From an uncultured Chroococcidiopsis sp. (lineage in GTDB: Bacteria; Cyanobacteriota; Cyanobacteriia; Cyanobacteriales; Chroococcidiopsidaceae), in assembly GCA_964248365.1 (NCBI GenBank), contig CAXTYC010000010.1, forward strand, positions 73,303-137,302: 64,000 bases of DNA. The letters run 5' to 3'. Positions 31,484 to 41,138 of the stretch are shown here, piece by piece. Position numbers and translations under genes: made by a program. Below the pieces are notes generated by a model that saw only the letters and a list, made by a program, of their open reading frames with translations, was not told the DNA's origin and did not search any database. The number at the start of each line of letters is the position of its first letter. Position 1 is the first letter of the stretch.

Positions 31484-32461
31484 ATGTATATAGATACTAG
31501 CTCACAACAGCCTTTGGTTAGTGTTATTATTCCCACCTATAATCGTCCGCTCTACCTGAAGCAAGCGATTGAGAGTGCTATTAGGCAGAAATATCAAAAT
31601 ATTGAGATTATTGTTTCTGACGATTGTAGTTCCGAAAGCCCTCAAGCATTGGTTGAGTCTTTTCAAGATTCCCGCATACGTTTCTATCGGAATCCGCAGA
31701 ATTTAGGGATTTGTTTAAATGTTGTAAATGCATTTAAGCAGGCAAAAGGAAAGTATGTTGCTAGTTTGAACGATGATGATATGTGGAACGAGGATTTTTT
31801 AACAACGCTTGTTCCACCCCTGGAAGCCAATCCAGATTTAGTATTATCCTTCTCTGATTATTACAATGTGTACCCAGATGGCACGATTAATGATAAATCC
31901 ACTCTATCAGATACTCGACGCTGGAAACGCGATCGCTTAAAAGAAGGAATTTATCAACCTTTCTATGAACTTGGAATAGTACACCAATCTGTATTTCTTG
32001 CTGTATCAACTGTGATGCGGCGAGACGCGATTAATTGGGATGATATTTCGCCTGAAGTTGGACCTATTTGGGATTTTTACATGACCTACCTGGCTTGCCG
32101 TACTGGGAGGGGAGCATATTACCATCCAGGGAAATTGGCACGCTACCGTGAGCATACCCAATCAGAAACACAAATTAGCGGAAAACGCAGCTTTGAAGCC
32201 AAAATTCGCAAAGGCAAAGCAGAAATTTTTTGCTACGAACGTTTTAAGGAAGACGAGAAGCTACAACAGTTGAAACCGTATTTCGAGCGGAAATGGGCGC
32301 AAGCAAATACAACTTTAGGCATTGGCTTAATGCGGTCTGGACAGATAGCACAAGCACGTCCTTATTTTTGGAATGCCTTGAAGCAACAAAAGTTCGATTT
32401 GCGAACAATAGCGGCACTCATGCTGAGTTTTACCCCGACCTCATTAGCAAGTAAATTCTAA
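31484..32461 (+). CDS. Glycosyltransferase family 2 (tandem paralog of the previous gene)
   Basis: VSVIIPTYNR, SDDCS, LNDDD; collinear with 30446-31423; ATG at 31484 chosen by alignment. Confidence 0.88.
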   Translation: MYIDTSSQQPLVSVIIPTYNRPLYLKQAIESAIRQKYQNIEIIVSDDCSSESPQALVESFQDSRIRFYRNPQNLGICLNVVNAFKQAKGKYVASLNDDDMWNEDFLTTLVPPLEANPDLVLSFSDYYNVYPDGTINDKSTLSDTRRWKRDRLKEGIYQPFYELGIVHQSVFLAVSTVMRRDAINWDDISPEVGPIWDFYMTYLACRTGRGAYYHPGKLARYREHTQSETQISGKRSFEAKIRKGKAEIFCYERFKEDEKLQQLKPYFERKWAQANTTLGIGLMRSGQIAQARPYFWNALKQQKFDLRTIAALMLSFTPTSLASKF

Positions 32462-32517
32462 GTAGCTCCAAATTAGAGAATAAATTGTAGATGTGCCTAT
32501 ACTCAAAATTTATAGTT

Positions 32518-32566
32518 TGCCACCCTTGCCCACCATTATCTAATTTGGTGGGCAATGCCCACCCTA
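32518..32566. repeat. REP-like palindromic repeat (partial copy of the ggtgggcaatgcccaccctac family)
   Basis: tgcccaccattatctaatttggtgggcaatgcccaccctac. Confidence 0.75.
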
Positions 32567-32623
32567 CTGCTGTTCACTAGAGTAAATAACGATGATAATT
32601 GACAATCCCTAGGAGATATAGAA

Positions 32624-33667
32624 ATGGCACTAAGAATAGGCATGGTTCACTCGGATTTGCCAGAAGAAGGTAAAAAACCTGGGGGTGTTTTTGTTGCTGT
32701 ACATGAACTTGCTAATGCACTAGTTCGAGCCGGAAATTATGTCCGCTTCTATTCTCATACAGCTAAACCCAAGGATGCCATTTATGAAGTTGTAGATTTA
32801 CCCCACACCAATTCAGGTACTATTAACAGGCGGATAGTTCTACCTTTCCAAATAGGTTATTTGGATTTAAAAGGATTAGATATTTTACATTTACATGGCG
32901 ATGATTGGGCATTTTTGAACCGCTCTATTCCAACTGTAAGAACATTTCATGGATGTGCAATTAATGAATCGAAGTTTGCAGATAACTTAAAAGCAAAGTT
33001 AGTTCATGCAGCTTACCATCCACTTGAGTTATGGGCTAATAAACTTGCAGATTATTCGGTAGGAGTAGGAGATGATCCTGTAAAGTTATTAGGAGCAAAA
33101 GCGGTTATTCCAAATGGTTATGACACATCTTTATTTTACCCAGGACAAAAGTCGCCCACACCAACAGCAATTGTAATTGGAACTTTGAAAGGGCGTAAAC
33201 AGTCAGAACTTGCCATAGAACTACTTTTATCTTTACGTCAAGAAATTCCTGACTTAGTAATACACGCAGTAATCGATCAACCATACGACAATTCAACGGT
33301 TCAAAGCTGGGTAGGTATTTCTAGAGAGCAGTTAGCACTCTTGGTAAGAGAGTCATGGATTGGGGTATCTACAACGCTTTATGAAGGATTTGGGATGTAT
33401 TATTTAGAGTGGATGGCTGCCGGAACTGTTCCTGTAACATTCGGGAATATAGGAACAAAAAGTTTAATTCAGAATTCTCAAGCCGGAATAATTGCTGAAA
33501 ATATGTCCCAATTACGTGAGGCTACATTACACCTTTTAAAAGACTCATCTACAAGAGATACATATTCAAAAAATGCTGTAGCAGCAGGCAAAATGCTTAC
33601 TTGGGATCACATAGCGCAGTCGTATATGAAAATTTATGATCAAGTGATTAGAAGTCAGGAAAATTAA
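32624..33667 (+). CDS. Glycosyltransferase family 4
   Basis: PGG near N-terminus, IPNG, YEGFGMYYLEWMAAG; AGGAG RBS; visibly AT-rich. Confidence 0.83.
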   Translation: MALRIGMVHSDLPEEGKKPGGVFVAVHELANALVRAGNYVRFYSHTAKPKDAIYEVVDLPHTNSGTINRRIVLPFQIGYLDLKGLDILHLHGDDWAFLNRSIPTVRTFHGCAINESKFADNLKAKLVHAAYHPLELWANKLADYSVGVGDDPVKLLGAKAVIPNGYDTSLFYPGQKSPTPTAIVIGTLKGRKQSELAIELLLSLRQEIPDLVIHAVIDQPYDNSTVQSWVGISREQLALLVRESWIGVSTTLYEGFGMYYLEWMAAGTVPVTFGNIGTKSLIQNSQAGIIAENMSQLREATLHLLKDSSTRDTYSKNAVAAGKMLTWDHIAQSYMKIYDQVIRSQEN

Positions 33668-33916
33668 AACTCGGTAGAATGACATACAAACCGTAAGTGC
33701 TATCTGCAATTTTTCTAACTATCAGAAAACAAATTTGTATCTTTTCGTGCGCGTTGGTAAGACTGGCATACTTAGCAACAAGGCTTTATCGTGAATCAAA
33801 GAGCGCTTCTGTTGAGTGTTAGACCGCTCTTTAAGCCGTAAGCTTTAATTGGCGGCTTTGCAAGAGCGCTGTTTTATAAATAGTTGAAGAAGTAGTTTTA
33901 CTGTGGAGATGCACTA

Positions 33917-35395
33917 GTGAGATCTAAGCAAATACTTTACAATAGCCCACCGAAAAAGGGCGTTGGCTTTTTGCAACCCGCCCCAGCTTGGACAGCAATA
34001 CTGGCGTTAGTGCTTTTTACAGTAGCTTTCTTACTAGTAAAAGCTGGAAGCCTCTTACAGCTACTATTTCCCCTAGGCTCTCTTGCTGTAGGGGTTTTAC
34101 TATATCGGCGGTATCCTATCCTTTACATAGGCTTCACCTGGTGGCTATGGTTACTATCACCATTAGTTGCCCGTATAGCTGATTATGTAAGTAGTAGTGG
34201 AGGTGGGGGGAGACCACTGATAATAGTCACACCCTATCTAGTAACGGTCTTGACTTTTGCTACCTTTGTGCGACAGCTTCCCAAATTTTGGAAGAGTGGC
34301 TTACCCTTTATCCTAGCTTTTACAGCAGTGTTTTATAGCTTTTTGGTAGGAGTGAGTCATCATTTCGCTCCCGATAACAGTGATATCTACCTTAGTCTTG
34401 ACCCAAGTTTCCTGCCATATGCACCAATGAAAATTGCTGAGTCCTTTCTCAGTTGGATAGCTTCAATCTTGTTTGGTTTTCACTTATTTGTCAACTGGCG
34501 AGATTATCCTAGCTATCGTCAGAACTTTCAGCGTACATTCCTCTGGGGTGTTTTAGTGGCGGGAGTTTATGGAATAGTGCAGTATTTGCTAGTGCCTGAT
34601 TGGGATCGATTTTGGTTTAAAAATTCGCCTGATATGCAGCTATGCTGTGGCTCACCTGAACCTTTTATGCTGCGCTTGTGGAGTACATCGAATACCCCCG
34701 CCACTTTTTCTAGCTTTATGGTGGCTGGGCTGCTGTTATTGTTCTGTAGCCCAGGCTTTTTAAAAGTTCCCGCTGCTGTAACTGGCTACTTATCGTTTCT
34801 ACTGTCAGCAGTACGTATTGCTTGGGGCGCTTGGTTTGTGGGATTGCTTGCCTTAGTTGTTTCTATGAAGCCGCGCTTCCAGATGCGTTTGCTTGCGACT
34901 GTCGTAGTGATGGTAATATTTGTCGCTTTAGTGAGTTCGGTAGAACCATTTTCCGATGTTATTGCTACCCGCTTTCAAACTTTCTCTAACATTCGGCAAG
35001 ATCAAAGCCTGGGCGAAAGAGCCGATATTTATAATGATCTGCTCAATAAGACTCTTAGTGATGGTTTAGGCAGAGGAATGGGAGGCAGCAAGATTGTCGA
35101 TGCTGGTATTCTAGACGTACTTTCAACTTTGGGCTGGTTTGGTCTGATTCCTTTTTTAGGTGGGAGCATCTTGCTCCTGGTCGATTTATTCCGATATGCT
35201 CAGGCTCGCTCTGATCCCTTTATGAGCGCTGCCCGCTCCATTAGCCTTGGTATGTTTATGATGCTACCTGGAACTAATACGATGATGCTACTTCACGGGA
35301 TGCTTTTTTGGGCATTTGCAGGCATGGCAATGGCAGGACATAAATACTATGAGCATCAAAATACTGCTGAACTTAAGGGGAGGTCAGCTACGTGA
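33917..35395 (+). CDS. Wzy/O-antigen ligase-like polytopic membrane protein
   Basis: About 11-12 TM segments, R in LSAVRIAW, periplasmic GLGRGMG loop; inside the GT cluster. Confidence 0.7.
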   Translation: MRSKQILYNSPPKKGVGFLQPAPAWTAILALVLFTVAFLLVKAGSLLQLLFPLGSLAVGVLLYRRYPILYIGFTWWLWLLSPLVARIADYVSSSGGGGRPLIIVTPYLVTVLTFATFVRQLPKFWKSGLPFILAFTAVFYSFLVGVSHHFAPDNSDIYLSLDPSFLPYAPMKIAESFLSWIASILFGFHLFVNWRDYPSYRQNFQRTFLWGVLVAGVYGIVQYLLVPDWDRFWFKNSPDMQLCCGSPEPFMLRLWSTSNTPATFSSFMVAGLLLLFCSPGFLKVPAAVTGYLSFLLSAVRIAWGAWFVGLLALVVSMKPRFQMRLLATVVVMVIFVALVSSVEPFSDVIATRFQTFSNIRQDQSLGERADIYNDLLNKTLSDGLGRGMGGSKIVDAGILDVLSTLGWFGLIPFLGGSILLLVDLFRYAQARSDPFMSAARSISLGMFMMLPGTNTMMLLHGMLFWAFAGMAMAGHKYYEHQNTAELKGRSAT

Positions 35396-36525
35396 AAATT
35401 GCTATTGTCATGCCACTGGCTGAGCAACGCGGCGGTGCTGAACAGGCGCTTTGGCATCTAATGCGGCAGGGTCAGAATCTAGGCGTAGACTGGCTAGTAG
35501 TATTCTTTGAAGATGGACCTATGGTGGGGCAAATCCACTCTCTTGGGGTGGAGACGCACATCGTTCCAGCAGGTCGCCTGCGTGAAGCGTCGCATTTCAT
35601 TGCTACAGTTACAAGAATCGCTTCCATTGCTAAACAAAGTCGTGTCGATGCGCTTTTCAGTTGGATGGCAAAGTCACACCTATACAGTAGTTTAGCAGCA
35701 ATATTATCTGGCATTCCGGCGCTGTGGTATCAGCAGGGAGTACCGTCTAATAGCGGTTGGCTAGACAAAATTGCAACAATGCTTCCTGCTTGTGGTATCC
35801 TCGCCTGTTCAAAAACGGCAGCCCAAGCTCAAGCATCTGTTCGACCGTTGCGCCCTGTCCGTGTTGTCTATCCTGGGGTGGAGCTTGACCGATTTGAGCC
35901 TGAAAAACTGCCGTCGCCCTTCGAAGTGCGGCGGCGGTTGGGTTTGCCCGAAAACGATTTTCTAATTGGCATCGTGGGTCGTCTACAACGTTGGAAAGGC
36001 ATTCATGTGCTGGTGGAGGCAATGCCTAAAGTGCTGCAAAATTATTCCAACGCCCAGTGTATTGTGGTCGGTGGTAAACATGAACTGGAGCCTGATTACC
36101 CGGCATATCTCGAAAGCCGAATTGCCGCATTGGGTGTGCAAGACAATGTAAAAATGGTTGGTTTGCAACGCAATGTCCCAGAGTGGATGCAGGCAATGGA
36201 TGTCATAGTTCATGCTTCTGACTTTGAGCCATTTGGCATGGTGATCATTGAAGCAATGGCTCTAGGCAAGCCAGTTGTGGCGGGTGCTACTGGTGGTCCT
36301 ACAGAAATCATTACGCCTGATATAAACGGCATCTTAACGCCTTACGGTGATGCGGATGCACTTGCAAATGCTATTGTTCGCTATCTGGACGATCCGAATT
36401 TTGCCCAGAAGACCGGAATGGCTGCACGGCTGCGGGCGTTGGATTTCTCAACACAGTTTTACGCTAAGAACTGGGTTGAGGCAGTGCGTGATTTGTTACC
36501 AAGTGTTTCCCCGTTCGGTCGATGA
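35392..36525 (+). CDS. Glycosyltransferase family 4
   Basis: GRLQRWKG, EPFGMVIIEAMALG; GTGA overlap with the previous gene. Confidence 0.88.
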   Translation: MKIAIVMPLAEQRGGAEQALWHLMRQGQNLGVDWLVVFFEDGPMVGQIHSLGVETHIVPAGRLREASHFIATVTRIASIAKQSRVDALFSWMAKSHLYSSLAAILSGIPALWYQQGVPSNSGWLDKIATMLPACGILACSKTAAQAQASVRPLRPVRVVYPGVELDRFEPEKLPSPFEVRRRLGLPENDFLIGIVGRLQRWKGIHVLVEAMPKVLQNYSNAQCIVVGGKHELEPDYPAYLESRIAALGVQDNVKMVGLQRNVPEWMQAMDVIVHASDFEPFGMVIIEAMALGKPVVAGATGGPTEIITPDINGILTPYGDADALANAIVRYLDDPNFAQKTGMAARLRALDFSTQFYAKNWVEAVRDLLPSVSPFGR

Positions 36526-36781
36526 AAAAAACCAAAAATCTTTGATTAATTTATGTTTTAATTTTAACTGGTGTTGGCTATTAACTACGTAAAAGCCGAA
36601 CCCTATCAAATTTATGTTTATGAATGGACTTCTTGCAAAAGTAGATTTAGCCTTATCCTACGTGGTTGCTTTAATCGTCCTAATAAACTTGTGAGCTTTC
36701 ATAATTCTTCTGTCTTGTGTCTTTTGTCTCCTACCATCACCCAAACAGAGCGCGATCTAGCAAGAGATCTAATGTATATTT

Positions 36782-38146
36782 ATGAATAACTTACTTAAGC
36801 TACTAAACCGATCCAAGCCTTACATATTAGCTCTGCTGGGCGCAAATGTTCTTTTTGGTTGCACTCAACAAGTAGCCGTTACTGAAGGTGTCTCTACTGC
36901 CCAGCAGACACCTTCAGTTCAAAAGAAATTACCCCAAGCAAACAAAGGGCTACAAGCCAAAAGTTCAGACTCATTTGTCGAGTTTGTGGGTGTAAATACA
37001 CATCTTACCTATACAGATACTGCCTATGGCAACTTTAATAGCATCATCAAACCCAAGTTGCGAGAATTAGGCATTCGCCACATCCGTGATGGAGGCTTCA
37101 ACGATGCAACGTTCTTCAATAAAATTAAGGAACTCAACCGCCAGGGAATCAAGACAGTATTAACCTTCGCTGCCAACCCCCCAGAGGAGGTGGTTGCTAC
37201 TGCTAAAACACTTAAAGGCGCAATAGAGGCTGTGGAAGGTCCAAATGAGTCAGATTTAGAACATTTCAATTTTTCGTACAAAGGACAAAGGTTCCCAGAA
37301 GGAACCCGCACTTACCAACAAGAACTCTACACGGCGATCAAAGCCGACCCTGAAACAAAATACCTGCCTGTTGTACTGCCGTCAATGGGTTGGGGGGAAA
37401 ACGCGCAAAAATTGGGTTACGTGCCTTGGGGCGATATCGGTAATATGCACAGCTACCCTAATCTCGGTAATCCCCCAACAGATGGTCTGGATTGGTATTT
37501 CATCCCTCACGTGCGTACCATAACTGGGAAAACAAAACCGCTTTGGTCAACCGAGACTGGTTATCACAATTATATTAAAGATGACTTGGGAATTTCTGAA
37601 CGGGCAGGGGCTAGATACATTCCCAGGGTATTGTTTGAGCAGTTTAATCGTGGTGTCAAGCGGGCTTACCTGTACGAGTTCATTAACCTAAATGCAAATA
37701 AGGAAGGGAATGGACAAAATAACTATGGGTTGTTGCGAGCTGACGGCTCGCCAAAACCATCCTATACCACTATTAAAAACTTAATTTCCCTGCTGAAAGA
37801 CCCTGGAAGAAGCTTTCCTTTGAAGTCCTTAGATTATAAGTTGAGTGGAAACACAACTGATGTAAAACAAACGCTGCTGCAAAAGCGTGATGGCAATTTC
37901 TACCTGGTTCTTTGGCAAGATGCGCGCAGTTGGGATAATAAGAAGAAGAAAGACATTGCAATTAGCGATCGCAAAGTAACCCTCAACCTGAATACGCCAA
38001 TTAGCCAAGTTGTTGCCTATCAGCCTATCAGGTCAATTAATCCAACTTGGCGCAAGACAAACCCCAGTGGGCGAGTTAAGCAGCTATCAATAAATGTACC
38101 TGACTATCCATTAATACTCAAGTTAGTATCTGCTCGCAAAAAGTGA
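36782..38146 (+). CDS. Secreted lipoprotein, putative clan GH-A glycoside hydrolase
   Basis: Lipobox VLFGC; acid/base motif EGPNE, nucleophile motif WSTETG, YGLLRADGSPKP. Confidence 0.65.
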   Translation: MNNLLKLLNRSKPYILALLGANVLFGCTQQVAVTEGVSTAQQTPSVQKKLPQANKGLQAKSSDSFVEFVGVNTHLTYTDTAYGNFNSIIKPKLRELGIRHIRDGGFNDATFFNKIKELNRQGIKTVLTFAANPPEEVVATAKTLKGAIEAVEGPNESDLEHFNFSYKGQRFPEGTRTYQQELYTAIKADPETKYLPVVLPSMGWGENAQKLGYVPWGDIGNMHSYPNLGNPPTDGLDWYFIPHVRTITGKTKPLWSTETGYHNYIKDDLGISERAGARYIPRVLFEQFNRGVKRAYLYEFINLNANKEGNGQNNYGLLRADGSPKPSYTTIKNLISLLKDPGRSFPLKSLDYKLSGNTTDVKQTLLQKRDGNFYLVLWQDARSWDNKKKKDIAISDRKVTLNLNTPISQVVAYQPIRSINPTWRKTNPSGRVKQLSINVPDYPLILKLVSARKK

Positions 38147-38149
38147 AGG

Positions 38150-38232
38150 TTGGTAATGGGTAATGAGAAAGGGAGTAGGGGCTAGGGGCTAGGGACTGGG
38201 GGAGAAATTATGAATTCCCTTTACCCTTTCAC
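38150..38232. repeat. STRR heptamer tracts (ggtaatg, ggggcta, cccttt)
   Basis: Visible tandem units between convergent genes. Confidence 0.75.
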
Positions 38233-38240
38233 CTTAGAAC

Positions 38241-39690
38241 TTACTCAAAAGACTTTATCGCATCTGCAAGTATGCCAAACAATTGATCAATATGCTGTTT
38301 CTCAATAATCAGCGGTGGCGATAGGGCAATATTATCCCCAGCAGCACGAACCAGCGCCCCCATTTCATAACAGCGTAAGAAAGTCTAATATCCTCTTGCG
38401 CCAGGTTTACCAGGAATCGGTTCAAATTCAATTCCCGCTAGTAACCCCAAATTACGGGTATCAATTACATGAGGCAAACCGCGTAAACTGTGAACAGCAT
38501 CTTCCCAATAATCTGCTATTTCTTGCGCGCGTGTAAGCAATTCTTCTTTTTTGTATATATCCATTGTTGCTAAAGCCGCAGCACAGGCTACAGGATGACC
38601 AGAATAGGTATAACCGTGATAAGAATTCAATCCCGCTTGCAGCGGCTTGCATAAAGGTTTCGTAGATATCCTCACGCACAAACACAGCCCCGCCTTTTGG
38701 CTCCTGACAAATATGGTCAGTTTTGTATTGGGATCTATCGGTTGGTGGGAGGGATAATTGACCCGTTGATTCGGGCTGACCATATTTGTCTACATCCTTT
38801 GTAACCCCCATCGGCACTGTACCGTTAGTAATACCCTTAGCTACAGTAATCATGTCTGGCACAATACCAAAATAATCTCTGGCAAAAGGTTTACCCAACC
38901 GCCCAAATCCGGTAATGACTTCATCAAAAATTAGTAAAATGCCATGTTTGTCACAAATCTGCCGCAACCTTTCCAGATAACCTACAGGTGGAATCAGAAC
39001 ACCTGTAGCCCCTGCAATTGGTTCTACAATCACTGCTGCAATGGTTGAAGCATCGTGTACGACAATTCGCTCCAACTCGTCGGCTAAATTCGCCCCCCAC
39101 TGTGGTTGTTTGCGGCTGAAGGCATTTTTTTCTAGATTATGCGTGTGTGGTAAATGATCGACTGCTGCTAACATATTGCCAAATAACTTGCGGTTAGCAC
39201 CAATTCCCCCAACAGCCGCACCGCCAAAATTTACACCATGATACGCGCGTTCTCTGCCAATTAGACGCTGACGCGCTCCTTCACCCTTTAGCCGATGGTA
39301 GGCGAGCGCAATTTTCAAAGCTGTATCTACACATTCCGATCTTGAATTGGTAAAAAATACCCGATTTATTCCACTAGGCAAAAGTTCTACCAATCGTGTC
39401 GCCAATTCAAAAGCGCCTGGATGACCCATTTGAAATGTAGGGGCATCCAGACGAGTCACCTGATCTCGCACTGCTGCTGCAATTTCTTGCCGACCGTGAC
39501 CAGCAGCGACACACCACAGCCCTGCTGTACCATCAAGGATATTACGACCATCATTTGTGGTATAATACATCCCTTCGGCTGCAACTAGCAAACGCGGCTG
39601 AGCTTTAAACTGGCGGTTAGCCGTAAATGGCATCCAGAATGCTTCTAAATCGCTAGGGGTTTGAGGGAAAGATGTCTCAACTAATTCCAT
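38241..39690 (-). pseudogene. Class-III PLP aminotransferase (omega-amino acid/beta-alanine:pyruvate type), inactivated
   Basis: FWMPFTANR, DGTAGLWC, FDEVITGFGR, AKGITNG. Lesions: 117-bp insertion, frameshift near 38620 (HGYTYSGHP continues in another frame), premature TAG at 38385-38387, then TFLRCYE...ALSPPLII...KSFE* ending at 38241. Confidence 0.88.
38689..38808. mobile_element. Non-autonomous ~117-bp mini-element with 15-bp subterminal inverted repeats, flanked by CCC direct repeats
   Basis: Inserted in the conserved VPMG^AVF; IR gacaaatatggtcag (38706-38720) / ctgaccatatttgtc (38776-38790). Confidence 0.75.
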
Positions 39691-39719
39691 AATCGGTACG
39701 CTCTTGAGCTAAGTTATAG

Positions 39720-39812
39720 ATCTCGTAACCTTTGCGATCGTAAGGGTTACGAGATGAGCCTCGCTCAGACGAGGTTTCGAGGGTCTAGTTACTAGACGCT
39801 AGCTCAGCCTCA
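39720..39812. repeat. Hairpin-rich intergenic element
   Basis: atctcgtaaccttt-gcgatcgt-aagggttacgagat followed by short stems (cctcg/cgagg, gtctagt/actagac). Confidence 0.5.
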
Positions 39813-39896
39813 ATTTACTAATTAAACTTTTTCGAGTCCTACCATGCTAATAAAACATCGGTACGATAGTTAAAGAACAATCATAGGAGAAAGACA

Positions 39897-40493
39897 ACGG
39901 TTTACGCACGTCCTTTGGCGCGTCTGATTGAGCAGTTGCAGCGTTTGCCTGGAGTTGGACCCAAAACTGCCCAGCGCCTTGCTTTACATATTCTCAAGCG
40001 CCCAGAAACCGAAGTACAGGCTTTGGCACAAGCCCTAGTTGAAGCAAAACAGCAGCTTGGTTTGTGTTCTGTTTGTTTTCATCTATCTGCTGAACCAGTC
40101 TGTGACATCTGCCGTAATAGCAACCGCGACAACAATACTATTTGCGTTGTGGCTGATTCTCGTGATGTAATTGCACTGGAAAAAACTAGAGAGTATCAGG
40201 GCAAATATCACGTCTTAGGCGGAGTGATTTCGCCAATGGATGGAATTGGACCAGAACAGCTAACGGTTGAGGCTTTAGTGCGACGAGTCAGTCAGCACAA
40301 ACCCAAAGAAACAATTTTGGCAATTAGTCCGAGTGTGGAAGGAGAGACAACAACACTGTATGTAGGTGGATTACTCAAGCCGTTTACCAGAGTAACCAGA
40401 ATCGCTTTTGGTTTACCTGTGGGTGGTGATTTGGAGTACGCCGATGAAGTGACTTTAGCAAGAGCTTTGGAAGGAAGACGGGAACTCGATTAA
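39897..40493 (+). CDS. recR: Recombination mediator RecR
   Basis: [13 protein letters not shown]hH, C4 Zn finger, YHVLGG, Toprim [14 protein letters not shown]. Probable ACG start at 39897 (ORF track uses TTG at 39915). Confidence 0.95.
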   Translation, partial: TVYARPLARLIEQLQRLPGVGPKTAQRLALHILKRPETEVQALAQALVEAKQQLGLCSVCFHLSAEPVCDICRNSNRDNNTICVVADSRDVIALEKTREYQGKYHVLGGVISPMDGIGPEQLTVEALVRRVSQHKPKETILAISPSVEGETTTLYVGGLLKPFTRVTRIAFGLPVGGDLEYADEVTLARALEGRRELD

Positions 40494-40505
40494 ATTAAGA
40501 ATAAT

Positions 40506-41063
40506 TTATTCATGGGTTGTACCGTCAGGCATGAGCGCCCCTTTCAGGTTTGCCCCCTGAAAGTTAGCAGCATTCAAATTAGCTCCTTCTAATTCTGCTT
40601 CTTTCAAGTTAGCTCGACTCAAGTTAGCACTATCCATAGTTGCCTGGTTTAGCCTAGCTCGCTCTAAATTTGCCTGTCTCAGGTCGGCTTGTTTGAGCAA
40701 GGATTCTTCCAAGTTTGCTCTATTAAGGTTAGCTCCTTGTAAGTTGGCATTCTTTAGTATTGCCTCCTCCAAGTTTGCCCTAGTAAGGTTAGCTTTCTCT
40801 AAGTTAGCTCCGGCTAAGAGTGCATCACTCAGCTTTGCCCCCCTAAGGTCTGCTCCTGCCAGATTTGCTCGCTCCAAATCACACCTTTCACATTTCTTTG
40901 TTTCTAGTAAACGTTTCACTACAGAACGTGCAGGTGATATAGCTTCAGAGGTTGTAGGCTGTGTAGGTGCAGACTGGGGCTGTTCGTTAGCACCACAGGC
41001 AGACACAAATCCTAACAAAGAAATAGTTGCAGCCCAATGAATGATTTTTGTTGAAATTGTCAT
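40506..41063 (-). CDS. Pentapeptide repeat lipoprotein
   Basis: Lipobox VSAC; LLETKKCERCDL then A(N/D)Lxx repeats; ATG at 41063 preferred. Confidence 0.85.
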   Translation of the reverse strand: MTISTKIIHWAATISLLGFVSACGANEQPQSAPTQPTTSEAISPARSVVKRLLETKKCERCDLERANLAGADLRGAKLSDALLAGANLEKANLTRANLEEAILKNANLQGANLNRANLEESLLKQADLRQANLERARLNQATMDSANLSRANLKEAELEGANLNAANFQGANLKGALMPDGTTHE

Positions 41064-41138
41064 TTTAAATTCATATAAATTGAGCATTATTAGTTAGTAA
41101 GGTGCGTTACTAACCATCCTATTTTTGATTAATTGTTA

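Noticed and set aside
36571..36789. 72-aa ORF upstream of the glycoside hydrolase
   Set aside because: TTG start, no RBS or motif; likely promoter/leader DNA.
38385..38783. 132-aa ORF as an independent gene
   Set aside because: Its ATG lies inside the inserted element and its second half is the frameshifted C-terminus of the aminotransferase pseudogene.
38692..38805. Insertion considered as an intein or intron
   Set aside because: No C/S...HN intein ends, far too short for a group I/II intron, and it has DNA-level inverted repeats.
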